Source: Nymphaea colorata (taxonomy: Eukaryota). From it: a stretch of 64,000 nt of DNA. The position numbers were made by a program, and so were the translations under genes. Within the stretch, counting starts at the first letter, position 1, and every line of letters begins with the position of its first letter. The notes under the pieces are model-generated. The model did not search any database. It saw only the letters and a program-made list of their open reading frames with translations, and was not told the DNA's origin. The stretch spans positions 6,634,001 through 6,698,000 of the forward strand of contig NC_045138.2 of NCBI RefSeq assembly GCF_008831285.2, given 5' to 3'. Of this stretch, positions 39,312 to 53,200 are shown piece by piece.

Positions 39312-42300
39312 TGTTGCCGCTGTGGCACCGGTCTCCCGCTCCAGCCTCGCCAGGTTGCGGTGGGAATTGCGTAGGATTGGGGCTTCTACAGCCTCCATCC
39401 TCCCTCCTGGTGCCACCAGGCATGCGTCGCTTCACGTGGTTTCCCCATGAGGGTTGCATGTTGGAATGTCAGTGCCCATTATCGGCATAGATATCTCTCT
39501 TCTTGGATCCGTTAGCACGGACCTTCGGTGCTAATCGTGGTTGAGACCAAGTTGTATGTCATCTCTCATGCTTGTGTTCGTACTTTGTTGCGTCAGCCAT
39601 CCTTTGGGTTCCTTCCAGATTGTGGAGTTGCTGGCGGCATCCTGCTAGCTTGGTCTTCACCCCTTACGGGGGCTGTTGTGCATGTCGGTAGGTACTCTAT
39701 CTCTGCTTCTCTCAGCGGACGCTGGCCAAATGGGCCGGTCTTGGTTACTGCGGTCTATGGCCCTTGCGTTGGGGCTCTGTGTGGACAGCTGTGGGCTGAG
39801 CTGCATCAGGTTCGCCAGCTTGCAGCTTCACCTCCTTGGCTACTGGCAGGAGACTTCAACTGAGACTTCAACTGTTTGCTTAACCCTGCTGACTCATCCT
39901 CCCCTATCACTTTTGGCCCGTCTATGTCTGCTTTTTGATCGTTCGTTGATGAGTTCGGTCTTTTTGACGTGCCTTCGACTAATGGTACGTTTACTTGGTC
40001 CAACAATAGGAACCCTTCGATCCTCCGTAGGTTGGACCGTATGTTCCTCTTGCCTGAGTTGTTCTCTGCTTTTCCTTCGTCCTCCTTGGTTCTTAGTCTG
40101 ATGCACTTGTCTGATCACGCTCCGCTGCTCCTTTCCCTTCTTCGGGGTAGCTAGTATTAGGCACGCCAGATTCCGTTTTGAGCTTTGGTGGCTCCGAGAT
40201 GAATCCTTTGTGGCTACCGTCCCTAATTGGTGGGCTCGTACAGTCGATGGTAGGTGGGCTGCTTTCAGGCTCTCGCGGAAGTTGCACTTCATCAGGTGGG
40301 AGGCCCTCGCCTGGAAGCGCATTTTTTGGAGTGGCAAATTTTCGGAGGTGGCCGATTGGGATGAGAAGATCCTGTCCCTTCAGGCCTCTGACAATATTTC
40401 TGCGGATCAATCTTATCGTCTCCTTTGTCTGCAATGTCTTGCCCAGGAGTGGTGGATTAGGGAGTCTATCCATTGGCAGCAGCGCTCTAGGCTGGGTTGG
40501 CTTGCGCATGGGGACCAGAACTCTAGATTCTTCCACTTGGCCGCCTCTCAAAGGCGCCGTCAGACGTTGCTCCAGTCCATGAATATCAGGGGCAGGGTTT
40601 TTCTTGGCGATGACATCCTCCCGGCTCTGAGCGCTCATTTCCGGGATTTCTACTCCAAACCTCTTCGCTTTCGTGCCACGCTGCCAGATTTTCACCTCTC
40701 CCCTCTCTCTGTCTCTTGTGCGATCTCTCTTGAGCGGCCCTTCCTGCATCAAAAGATCAAGAACGTAGTCTGGGCCCTTGGCTCTGGTAGGGCGCTCGGC
40801 ATTGATGGTTTCCCTGTCGAATTTTTTCGTATGTTTTGGGAGGTTTGTAGCGCGGATGTGTTTGCGTTTTGTGATAAGTTCGCCTCCAATTCTATTTTCC
40901 TGAAGGAATTCAATCAAGCTACCTGCATCTTGGTGCCTAAGCGCCCTAACCCTACGGACGTCACCCACTTTCGCCCGATCTCCATCCTAGGCACACCTTA
41001 CAAGATTATTGTTAAGTTGCTCTCTTTGCGGCTTGCGTCTGTCATGTCTTCTATCATTAACCCCTTCCAGGTTGCTTTCGTCAAGGGTCGGCATCTGCAG
41101 GACGCGGTTGTCCTAGCCAATGAGGTTGTTCACTCCCTTTACTGTCTACGGCTTCCTTCATTCATCCTTAAGTTGGACATCTCTAAAGCCTTTGACTCGG
41201 TTAGTTGGGAGTTCCTTTCTGACCTCCTCACCCGTCTTGCTTTTGGTCCATCGTTTAGACAGTGGATCATGTCGCTTGTCACTGGGGCCCAGCTTGCGGT
41301 CTCCTTCAATGGGAAGTGTGGCGATTTCTTCAGTCTCGAGCGTGGCCTCCGTCAAGGTTGCCCGTTATCGCCCTTGATTTTCAACTTGGTTGCTGAGAGC
41401 TTTTATGCGCTTTTCCATCATGCAACGGTCGTTGGCTTCCTCACACCTCATTCGTTCTCCCACTTACAGACTTTCTCTACCCTTCAGTATGTTGACGATT
41501 TTCTCCTGTTCGGCAGTGCTTCCCGCCAACAGATTGTGAGAACATGGCTCATTCTTTGGGTTTTTGAGCTCATCTCGGGTCTTTCTATCAAATTCCGCCA
41601 AATGTCACATTTCCCTCATTCACGCGGATCCGGCCACGGTACTTCTCGTGGAAGCTTGCTTTGGGTGTAAGACTGCTAGCCTGCCCATGGACTACTTGGG
41701 GCTTCAGATTACGTTGTTGCCTCCTGCACCCTCCTTTTGAAATGGAGTGGAGCAGAAGCTTACTGATCGCCTTCAGTGTTGGCAGGGAAAACTGCTTTCT
41801 CTCCCAGGTCGTATTACTCTAGCTAAGCACTGCCTTGCGTCGGTCCCTCTTCATGTTTTGGCTGTCTTTCGGCCTCCTGTGGCTGTTTTGCGTAGGTTTG
41901 ATAAGCTTATTCATAAGTTTATTTGGAATGGTGATCGACCTTCAGATCGCCTTGCGCATTGGGATGTGGTTGTCTTTTCGCGTCTTCTTGGGGGTGCTAG
42001 GGTTACCAACCTTAGTCGAGCTTACGAGTCTTCTCTGTGTTCTTGGTGGTGGCAGTTAGCAACTGAACATTCTCCTATCACCCAATTCATTAGTTCCAAA
42101 TTCGACATGCCTTCTCCTAGCGTCTGGAATAGTTCTATCTCTCACACCTCCCCCTCTCACTTTTGGTGCGACATGCTTTCTGTCATTCCTCTTTTCTTTT
42201 GCCTTGCTGACCTCTCATCGTCTACGTCCCCATCCTGGCCTCTTTCACCTACCCGTGAGTTCACCTTTTCTTCTTGCTACATGGCCTCCTTTGGTCATTC

Positions 42301-42873
42301 TGTTGCGTTGTTCCCACCCCGGTCCCTTTGGTCTCCTAGTCCATCTTTCCGTACCATTGTTTTTGTCTGGCTTCTTCTTACTGGCCATATTAATACTTTT
42401 GACCACCTGCAAAGCCTTGGTATCAGTTTAGCTAACCAGTGTCCCCTATGTCTTGTCGCGACTAAGTCTCGGGTCCACCTTTTTATTTCGTGCCATTTTT
42501 TCTCTAGTGTCGTTGCTTTTGTTTGGCATTCCCTTGTTAGTAGTCTTCCAAACCCACCATCCATTCGTCTGGAGGCCGTGGCTCATTTCAGCTTGGTGGC
42601 GCATTTAGGAGGAGCGCAACAACAGAGTCTTCAGGGACACCTTCTCTTCGCCAGATTCTGTGGCTCGTCTTGTGCAAGGGGATGTCCAGTTTGTCATTCG
42701 GTTGAAGCGCCGTTGTCCGTCTGCGGCTGGGTGACTGTGCCGTTTCGTATTTCCTCTCTCTCTTATTTTCCTGTGCATTGTATTTCTTCTTCCTGCTTCT
42801 GTTTTTGCGGATTGTTTTTGTACTTAGGGAACCTCTTGTCCCCAAATTTTGTTATATATTCCTATTTTATCGG

Positions 42874-42905
<32 letters not shown>
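39312..42905 (+). mobile_element. L1-type LINE, 5'-truncated: ORF1 C-terminus plus decayed ORF2 (APE endonuclease, RT, zinc finger), (CT)n 3' end
   Basis: ORF2 starts MRVACWNV at 39447. Endonuclease: ETK, VYGP, LAGDFN, FTWSN, RLDR, SDHAP. RT: HFRPIS, KLDISKAFDSV, GLRQGCPLSP, QYVDD. Zinc finger: CPLC...HLFISC. Stops and frameshifts are present. Confidence 0.93.
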
Positions 42906-44140
42906 AATTTCTATCTTCAAATATTCTTTTATCAAATTCTTTTTCTCTTTTTTATTTCTCTCACTCTCTCTCTCTCTTGAAGTCTTTTTTTCCTTTTATT
43001 ATTAATCTATGTTTATCTCTCTTTGAGTTCTCTCTTAAAATATTTTTTCCCTATTTTTATTAATCACTCTCACTCTGTAATTTCTTTCTTAAAACGTCTC
43101 TTTCTCTCACTTTTATTAATCCCTCTCTCTTTAATTTCTTTTTAATTTTTTTCTCTTTCTTTTATTAATATCCCACTCACTCTTCCGATCTTTCTTTCTC
43201 TCTCTCTCTGCAATTTCTTTCTTAGAATATCTTTCACTATTTTTTTATTCTTCCTCTCCCTCTCCCTCTCCCTCTCCCTCCCTCTCTCTCTCTCTCTCTT
43301 TGATTTATTTTTTAAAATATATATATCTCTCTCTCTCTTATTAACCTCTCTTTCTGTTCTTGTTTTTGCTCTCCAATTTCTCTTGTAAAATATCCTTTTT
43401 TCTCTTTTTTATTGTTCTCTCTCTCTCTCCCTCTCTTTCATTCTCTTTGATTCTCTCTTATTTTTTTTATGCTTTATTAAATATCTCACTCTCTCTATTC
43501 GATTTTTCTCTTAAAATTCCCTTCTTCTCTCCTTTTTCTAATGTCTCTCTCTTTAATTTTCTTCTTTAACATCTCTTTCCCTCTTTCATTCATCTATTAA
43601 CTATTTTTCTCTCTTTTATAATCTCTCTCTCTTCGATTTTTTTTTTAAATCTCTCTTTTTCTTTCTTTTATTAATCTCTCCCTCCTCTATTTCTATGTTA
43701 AAATATCTTTTTCTCTCTGGTTTATTAGCATCTCTCTTCAATCTCTCCCATGGATTTCTCTCTTAAAATCTCTCATTCTCTATTTTTTATTAGTCTATGG
43801 CACTCCCTCACTCTTCAATATCTCTGTTAAAATTTATTTTTTTATCTTTTTTATAAATTTCCTCCCAATCTCCCACTTCGATTTGTCTCTCTTCTTTAAA
43901 TCACTTTGTCTCTTTTAAATTGTCCCTTTATTTTTTTCTTTCTTTTGTTAATCTCACTTCATCTCTCTCTTTGATTTTCTCTTAAAATCTCTATTTCTCT
44001 CTTTTATTAATCACTCTTTCCCTTTAATTTCTCTCTTAAGATATCTTTTTCTTTCTCTTTCATTGATTTATCTCTTTCTCTCACTCTCTTTGATTTCTCC
44101 CTTAAAATCTTTTTTCACTCTTGTATTAGCACCCATCTCT
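42870..44140 (-). repeat. Same repeat in opposite orientation (CT-rich); also 38970-39310, 46350-48183, 54950-55910, 57510-57970
   Basis: TTTTATTAATCTCTC and CTTTGATTTCTCTCTTAAAATC motifs recur; a ~374-bp internal duplication at ~55105 / ~55479. Confidence 0.85.
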
Positions 44141-44959
44141 ATTTGTATTCGAGTACGAACAAAAAATCATTTCCTAATCCGAAATTAAATCTAATTTTAC
44201 AATTTGAATCTGATCTGAATCCGTTTTTTACATTCATATCAGAATCCCAATCTAAATATTGAACCAAAATTGGCCTATTTTCAAAATGTAATAGCATTGC
44301 ATATATGATATTTGGTTAAAAATAAATTTGATCCGGATTCATCTCCGAATCTGATCAGAGATTTATGTATAACTGAATCCAACAGGATGTCGTTTCTTGA
44401 AGCTGAATCTGATCTGAGTTCTTAATCATATTGGATATGCAATTCAAATTAGATATATTGAACTAAGTGAGTATTTGATGAGAATAGAATTGTGGATTTC
44501 TAGAATCAAAATTCTCATTTTTTGATCAAATGAGAATTGCATTATCAATTGAAGAATATTGATTCTCGAATTATTGGTTCATTATTAAATCGAAATTCTG
44601 AAATTTTGATTGTACCTTAGGGGGTGGAATTATGATTCTAAAATTTTATAATTTTTTTCATCTTTCGTGACGACGGTGCATGTTATGAAGGTTGTAATTT
44701 GTCAATTATAGAATTTGAATTTCTGTTTGATCGGACAGGACATTTTCAATTCTCAAGCCAGAATTTTAGATTATTAAATGCAACGGAAAACTAGAAGTGG
44801 AGTTTTCATTTGAATTCCAGTTGGAGATAAAATTTAGTTTTTGCAACTTTATTTATAGAATCAAAATTCAAGCCATCAAACGCCTTCTAAAAGAACCGTA
44901 ATTCATCACTAAAACCACCATAAACAGTCATTGTACAATAAACCATGGCTAGTACCGAT

Positions 44960-45460
44960 CTTGCACTTTGGATGGAAAAAAAGTTTTGCCCCATCCCAAG
45001 AAGCCAGCAATTCCTGTACATACTTTGCTTTGAACATGGAAGACGATAAAGGATGACTTCTGATTATCAATACATAGCCCTACACTGCCTGCAAACTCTG
45101 TTAACACATTTTTAGCAGAAAAAACAGATATTGGCTCAGCTGCTAACAATTATCATGTCATTAGCAAAAAATATATTTGCAGATTCAAAACAATTAGTAC
45201 CTGCTAACCAAGGAATCATAATATTCTTTATCTGAACTTCTTTTCTAAGACTCCTTGAGAACATCTCAACTACTACATGCAATGAAAAGCACTTGAGAGC
45301 CCCTTGACGAAATCCCTTCTTACTACCAAAAATCATTCCCTCTCTCCTATTAATAAACATTGCACAAAGGTTCACTTCACGTAGTTTAAAGGTCCATATT
45401 CTTGAAGTGATTGATCACCCCTCACAGGCATTAATGGCCATAAGAACCTAAAGAATTTGT
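44960..45460 (-). mobile_element. Old LINE RT fragment of a different family
   Basis: GFRQG...VVEMFSRSL...FFANDMII and FAGSVGLCIDNQKS motifs. Confidence 0.7.
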
Positions 45461-46408
45461 AAAGACGCTTGGAGTTTGTTAGCACAAAAGGAAATAAAGA
45501 AGACCAAGGGAAAATCGACATCACTTTATTTCAACCTTGTGAGATTCTTATTGCATAATAATGGGTCTATTCAGTTCAATATTCTCCATCTGTACATAGT
45601 GAGGTTTTCTATTTTAAGTAACATATTACTATCTCGAATGTGTAGAACCGAATTTCTCTGACCAATCAATTCTTGTTTTTGTTAATGTTGAGAGTTGTTG
45701 TTGTTTTTCCCTCTTTCTACTACCCTACACATTGTAAAATATGTGTGAAAATCCAGTCTTCAATTTGATTGTCATTGGCTCTACTTTTCTGGACTGCAAA
45801 GTGGTGGCATACACTACTTTTTGTGTTGAATGGAGTAATAATATAATTTTACGCAGGTATAGAAGCAACCCAAGACCTTGGAGGCAGAGGGAAGGGGGAA
45901 GGGCTTCTACCTCTTTGAGGTATCCCGCCCATCTCTTCCATATGTGTTAAAAGTTGTTGTCCATTGCTTTGGACTGATTGCAATTCATCTTCTTGAAGCT
46001 CAAAAGTCCACTTGTTATATAATCAAAAATATTTTCCCCAGTCTCTTTATTCTTCTATAATGATGCTAAAAAAAACTTGGATGCTAGTAGCTAGTCCTAA
46101 GATTTGTTATGTTCCTTTTGCATGATTGTGTGACAGTTACCTCCTCGTCACCTTCTCCCGCTTCTAGCTCTCAAGGTAACTTGCCAGAAAATAAATTAAA
46201 TCAAGGGCCAATGTCAAGAATTAATGCTAATTGACAAGGAGCAGGCTACTCCAACTGATGTTGTCCTTGTGCACAACCTTAACATTAACATTCAACCTAG
46301 GAGTCATATGGTTACATTTAGATATTTTGTGGATTCATCTCCCTCTAATTTCATTTTTACAATCTCTCTCTTCTTTATTAATCTTCTTTTCCTTTTTTGT
46401 TTGCTCTT

Positions 46409-46439
<31 letters not shown>

Positions 46440-48183
46440 GATTTCTCTCCTAAAATCTCACTTTTTCTCTCTTGCATGAATCTATTTCTCTTTTCATTTT
46501 CTCCCTCTCTACCTCTTTCTTTTTCTTATTTGTCTTTCTCTTTCTTTGATTTCTCCTTTAATTTTTTTTTCTCTTTTATATATTAATAGTTGTTTATCTC
46601 TCTTTGATTTCTCTCTTAAATATTTTTTTCTCCCTTTCATATACATATATGTATATGTATGTGTGTATGTATATATCTTTAATTTCTCTCTTAAAACATT
46701 TCTTTCTCTCTTTTATTAATTCCTCTCCCTCTCTCTTTGATTTCTCTTTTAAAATTTTCTATTCCTCTCTCTCTCTCTCTCTCTTCAATTTCTCCTTTAA
46801 AATCTGTCTTTCTCCCTATCCTTTGTTAACCTTTCTTTCTCTTTTTGGTTTCTCTCTCAAATTTCTCTTTTAAGATCTATTTTTGCCTCTTTTATTGATC
46901 CCTATCTCTCTCGTCTTGATTTCTCTCTTGAATTTTTTTTGTCTCTTTTATTAATCTCTCTTTCTCTCCCTAATTTCTCTCTTAAAACCACTCTTTTTCC
47001 CTCTTTTATTAATCTCTTTCTATTTAAATTTCCCCTTAACTCTTAATCTCTCTCTAATCTCTCTTTTAAATTCTCTTTCTCTCTCCTTTATCAATCTCCA
47101 TCTCTCTATCTTTTCAATTTCTCTCCTCTCTCTCTCTTCTTCTATTTCTCTCTTAAAGTTGTTTTTCTCTTTTTTATTAATATATCTTTCTTTCTCTCTC
47201 TCTTTGATTTTGTTCTTAAAATATCTCCTTTTCTTTCTTTTATTAATCTCTCCATGCCTCTCTCTCTCTCTCTCTTTGATTTCTCTCTTAAAATATCTGC
47301 TACTTACTCTTTTATTTTAAACCACAACTTTAACCACATTCTTTTCTTCATTCTCTTGATAGTCACCTACTGACCATTCTATTATTGTCTCAAAAGTGTA
47401 TTTTCCTTGAGAAGTACATTCTCGATATTGAAATATAATAAGAGAACAAAAAGAGCTACTTTCATTAACTTCTTCTAGAGTAGACTATTATTTCAAATTG
47501 TATGGGCCCATATTCAATGGTAGGAAGGGCTTTCTCCTTCATAATAATTTATTCTTTGATTACTCTTTCTCTCTCATCTATTTTTCACTTAAAGTTTTTT
47601 TACTTTTTTAATCTTTCTCTCTCTTCAAGTCTATCTGAAAATGTCTCTTTTTATCTTTTATAATTTCTCTCTCTTTGTTTAGTTTCTCTATTTTTCTATC
47701 TCTCTCCCAATTTATCTCTCGATTTTAAATCTCTCTTCCTCCCTCTTTGATTCATCTATGAATATCTTTTTTTCTCTCTTGTATGCTCTTTCTCACTCCC
47801 TCTCTCTTTGATATCTTTCTTCAATTTCTTGTTTTCTTTCTTTTATTAATTTCTCTTTCTTCTATTTTTCTGTTAAAATATTTTTTTTCTCTCTATTACT
47901 CTCTCTTCAATCTCTCTCTTCTCTTGGATTTCTTTCTTAACATCTCTCATTCTTTCTTTTTATTAATCTCGGTCTCTATCTCTTAAAATTTATTTTTTCA
48001 TCTTTCATATTAATTCCCCTCACACTCTCTCTTCTATTTATCTTTATTTCCCTTTTTAGCGGCTCTTTTCTATTTATCTCTCCTCTTTAAATCTTTCTTT
48101 TTATTTCATTAATCTCTCTTCATCTCTCTCTTTGATTTCTCTCTTAAAATCTCTCTTCCTCCCTTTTTTATTAATCTCTCTTC

Positions 48184-49336
48184 ACCACGGTAAATTTTTT
48201 TTGGAAAAAATACAGGATGAAATTTAACCCTCTTCCGATTTGAGGTTATGTTTGATGCACAAGAAGAATTTAACCTAGTAAATTTAACCATGTTTGATGC
48301 ACAAGAAAGAATTTAAACTGATAAATTTAACCCGCTTTTATGCACATGGTAGAAAAATTATGAAACTTTTTTCAAAACTGCAATAAGTTGTTTTTTTTTT
48401 CTTCTCGTTTCAATTTGACGTAAAAAGAAATTGGAAGATGTCTTCCAAAACAAGAAAATGTTTACACCTACACCCTACAGCTGAAAACAACAAACCATCC
48501 ACCATGTCACTTGAGACGAGCCAAAGCTCCGTTGTATGACAACATTGCGGCCATTTTTCGTTTTAACTGAACTTGACAGTCCCATCCACGCTTTCTTATA
48601 CCATGAAGCAATATGAATGTTAACACAGATGTTGCTGCGCCATTTCCATCCACCACACAAAATACCTAAGATGACCGAGTGTCATGCTTGCCAGATGGCA
48701 TCTGCCATGCCACCAGATGGCATTTTGTTTAATATCTCCCACCATCATCCCTCCTTGCCCAACTTAACTACCCAAATGATATCACTCCTGATGACATTCC
48801 AGGCTTTGATTATGCATTTCCACCCTGCAGAGCCCTTCTTCCCCAAATTATAATCCCACATACTACTGGTGGTGAGATAGCGATCCCTAACTCACTCCTC
48901 CCACAACGAGTTGCCACTTAGAGCCTTCATGCCAAGGAAAGCCAAATTCGCTATGTTAACATCGCGACACCTCCTCAACACAGCTCCTCCCTCCGAGAGG
49001 GGAGCATAGAGCTTCTCCCACCCAATCAAGTGGAGAAACCGTTACCCCACAAAAAACTGATGCACGCCGACTGCAGCCTTTTGCAAGTGTTTGGCGGAAT
49101 CCACATCCATAGGCTCCAAATGGGACGGCAGGGCAGAAAGAACATGCCTGACAAGGCACCACCTTCCTGTGAGGTCGGATTTTTGAGCGGGTGAACTTTC
49201 ACCCGCGCATTTAACACGACGAACGGGTGAAAGTTGTGTGTGTTTGATACGTCGTGTGTACAGGCGGGTGAAATTTCATCCGCCCATACAATTTCCCCCC
49301 TCCACTTTGGTTTTATCTGTGCAATCAAATGCACCC
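48184..49336. mobile_element. Non-autonomous PIF/Harbinger-like insertion
   Basis: Absent from the homologous block at ~28270; right end TGTGCAATCAAATGCACCC|TTAA; related TGTTTGATGCACAAG motifs near the left end. Confidence 0.6.
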
Positions 49337-50277
49337 TTAAGATCTCACTTTCTCCCATTTCTATTAATCTCTTTTCCTTCATCTCTCTTTCATTTCTCTC
49401 ACTCACTCACTCAATCTCTCTCTCGCTTGCTTTCTTTTGATTTCTCTTTTAAATTTTCTTTGTCGCTTTTACTAATATCGATCTCTATTCAGATTTGAGT
49501 ACAAACCCAAAAAAAAGTCATATCCAAATCTGAACCCAAAATCCCATTTCACAATCCGAATCTGATTTTTACATTCATATCTATCTGAATCTTATTCTGA
49601 ACTTTGAACCAAATTTAGCCAATTTTCAAAATGTAAGAGCATTGGATATAGGATATTCGCTTAAAAATAAATGTAATCTAAATCCATATATGAATCCTAT
49701 CTGATTGCTTAATCGGATATTCAATTTGTTTCAATATTCGATTTTTTTCAGAATAGTTTGAGCAGATATCTGGTTCAAATTGATATATATTCACATCCCT
49801 AAGTGATTATTTGATGAGGCCCGAATTGTAGAATTCTAAAATTAGAATTCTTACTTTTTATGATATGGGAATTGTGGAATTTTCAGAATTTTGGGCTCGC
49901 TGTAGAATCTTGTCATTGTATCTTAAGAGATAGAATTATGATTCTAGGTTTTTTTTTTTCATTTTTCCTTAAGGTACATGTTACAAAGATTGTAGTTCAT
50001 CAATTATGGATTCTGAATTTCTATTTTATCAAACACATCTTTTTCAATTCTAAAATCAAAATTTCATATTATTAATCACGAAGGAAAATTAGAAGTGGAA
50101 TTTTCATTTGAAATCCAGTTTGTGGTAGAATTTTGTTTTTACAATTTCAATTATAAAATCAACATTCAAGTTATTCATACACCATATAACAGAACCATAA
50201 TTCATTAGTATCGTAAAACATTTCAGACAATTTAAAATGAAGAGAAAAGGTTCAATAACATCATATAGCAACACTAA

Positions 50278-53200
50278 TCATCTTCTTTCTAACCTTTTTC
50301 CAAGACGGTCTCTTAACTCCTGTGGCAGATCAAGTGCAGGGCAACTGTAAATAAGTAAGTGTTGAAGCTCCGAGAGGCAGGCAATCTGTTGCTTTGCATC
50401 CATGGGACATGTCGTTTCATTTTGTTGGGGATTAATATCATTGATGGCGACCAGAGACTTGAGATTGGGGAATTCAAAAAGCCATAGCCTTCTCAGTTTC
50501 GGGAGGCATTGCCAGTGGCCTCCCAAGCTGATGTTCTCTGTGAAACCATACAGAGTCAACTTCTCTAGTTGGGAGAGACCCCACACCCAGTCAGGCACCT
50601 GTCCCCATTTGAGATCTCCAGTATTGTTGTCTTTCAAACTCAGCCTCTTGAGGGAGGGAAGAATTGTTGATACCTCCGATGGCACTACTATTGATTCCAA
50701 AGCTGCCCCATCTAGTTTCAAGTCAATGAGGGTAGGAAGGTGTTGAAGCAATTTCCATCCCAACCGCGCATTTGGGCAATCCCACACTCCCAGCTCTTGA
50801 AGTTGAGTCGCTTGACCCTCATGCCCCGCCAGCTCTAATAGACAATAAAGCAAGCCTTCTGTTTGCATTTTTGGACAATTTTCAAAACATGCCTCCCTTA
50901 GGAATGGCATAGAAGTAAATATTGTGTCCCCTGATCCAGCTGCTGGCCACCCCTCCCAGTTGGCCAAATTCTCCATTGTAAGTATCTCAAGTGAAGGAAG
51001 GCAAGTAGGGAGATGCTTCGGAGTGTTTACATCAGACAACCTCAACTTTTTTAAATCTGGCATGTGGTCAACAACTACTTGCTCTAGCCTGTTACAATCT
51101 CTCACATCCAGCAACTCCATGGTAGGCATGTGAGCTAGAGCATTCAGCCCATCACATCCATCGATCTTCAACGACTTGAGGACAGGCATCTCAGCTACTT
51201 GCTCTAGGCAGCAACAATATCTTACCTCCAACGACTTGAGGGCGGGCATGTCATGAGGTAATTGCTCTAGGCTTCCACAATAAGTCACCTCCAATGACTT
51301 GAGAGCAGGCATGTGATCGTCGGCGAGTTGCTCTAGCCTACCACAATGACTCACATGCAGCGACTGTAAGGCAGGCATGTGAGCGAGAGTCTTCAGCCTC
51401 TTACATCTGCCCACCTCCAACGAACTGAGTGCAGGCATCTCAGCCACTTGCTCTAAGCTGCCACAATCTCTCACTTCCAATGACTCCAAGGCCAGCATAT
51501 TAGCAAGAGTCTTCAGCATATTACATCCGTACACCCTCAGTGACCTGAGTGCCGGCATCTCAGCTACTTGCTCTAGGCTGCCACAATATCTCACATCTGA
51601 CGACTCCAAGGCTGGCATATTAGCAAGAGTCTTCAGCATATTACATCCCTCCACCCTCAGTGACCTGAGTGCAGGCATCTCAGCTACTTGCTCTAGGCTG
51701 CCACAATATCTCACATCCGACGACTCCAAGGCCGGCATATTAGCAAGAGTCTTCAGCCTACTGCATCTGACCACCTCCAACGAGATGAGTGTAGGCATCT
51801 CAGCTACTTGCTCTAGGCTGCGACATTCATCCACCTCCAATGACTCCAAGGCCGGCATGTTAGCAAGAGTCTTCAGCCTATTAGATGGAGGTACCTTCAA
51901 TGACTTGAGAGCAGGCATGTCAGCAATTGTATTGAGCCCATCGCAGCTGAACATACTCAATGACTTTAGCAAAGGCAAGCACCGTAATTCATATAGCTTT
52001 GGGCAGTAACTGACCTCCAATTTTTCCAATGATTTAATTCCCACCACTGTTGCCAACAATCGACAACGTCGCAGCCGTAGTGTCCGCAGCTCCTCATAGT
52101 TGGTGTCCAAATACCACGCAGGCCTATCTCCTTCATAATCACAAATTCCCAACCTCTCTATGCCATGTGGAGGTTCCAAAGCTTCCAGCAAACCCCTCTG
52201 TTCAGAAGCACTATCCACTTTGTCATCCTTTCCCACCTTGAAGTTTAATTCCACACCATTTAGCTCACGCTTCTCCTTAAGCTGTGCTTTCTTTGCATCA
52301 ATTACTTTCACCCTTCTGCCACCCAAACCTTCTATTAACAATTCCCCTTTCAGTTTGTTCAAGTCTTTTAGTTCCCCAATATTGCATCCTCTTGTGTCCC
52401 CTTTGTCATCGCATACCAGAAACCTATGCAAGGTCCATAAATTGGTAAGCTTCCCCAACCCTTCTGCCATAAATTTCAAATGCACTGTTACTTCCAGCCC
52501 AAGATACCTCAAGTGGCACAGTTCGCCCATTTCCTCTGGCAACTCTTCAATTTTACTATAACTTAAATCCAATGTTTGCAAGTTACAGAGTTTGCCAATT
52601 GACCTGGGCAATCGTCTCATATCAGATCGGCTTAGATCGAGATATTTTAGAAGTGAAAGGGATTCAATGGAGTTTGGTAGCTCATCCATTTGACATTGCA
52701 TCAATGACAACACCCTCAACCACTTGAAATTGGTGAATTCCACCGAAGACAAGGATGCACTCAATAATGTCCGCACCTTATTTGCTGCTCCTGAGGCATT
52801 ATATTGCATGGCCGCTTCTGCATCATCTACACCAAGTAATGAAAGATGGCGGGTTTGCGAAGTATCAGAGGCATGCCTATATTCCTTTCCACCTATGTAT
52901 GAGGCAAGGTCATGCAAAACATCATGCAACTTGAGACAAGTGCCCCTATAAAATCTATCATGGGTTTCTATCAAGCATCGCTTTATCAAATCTTCAATGT
53001 ATTGATTTGCTGTCACTTCCAAACCTATGCCTTCCTTTTCCTCAATCAATCCATGTGCCACCCATTGCATGATCAATCCCTCCCTTTCAATCTCATGATC
53101 CTTTGGAAAAATGCTGCAATAAACAAAACAACTGCCCAAATAAGGAGGCAAGTCATCGTAGCTCAATATGAGACCAGGAAGAATGCTTCCATATTGAGAG

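Noticed and set aside
40093..40968. 291-aa minus-strand ORF
   Set aside because: Antisense to LINE ORF2; explained by composition bias.
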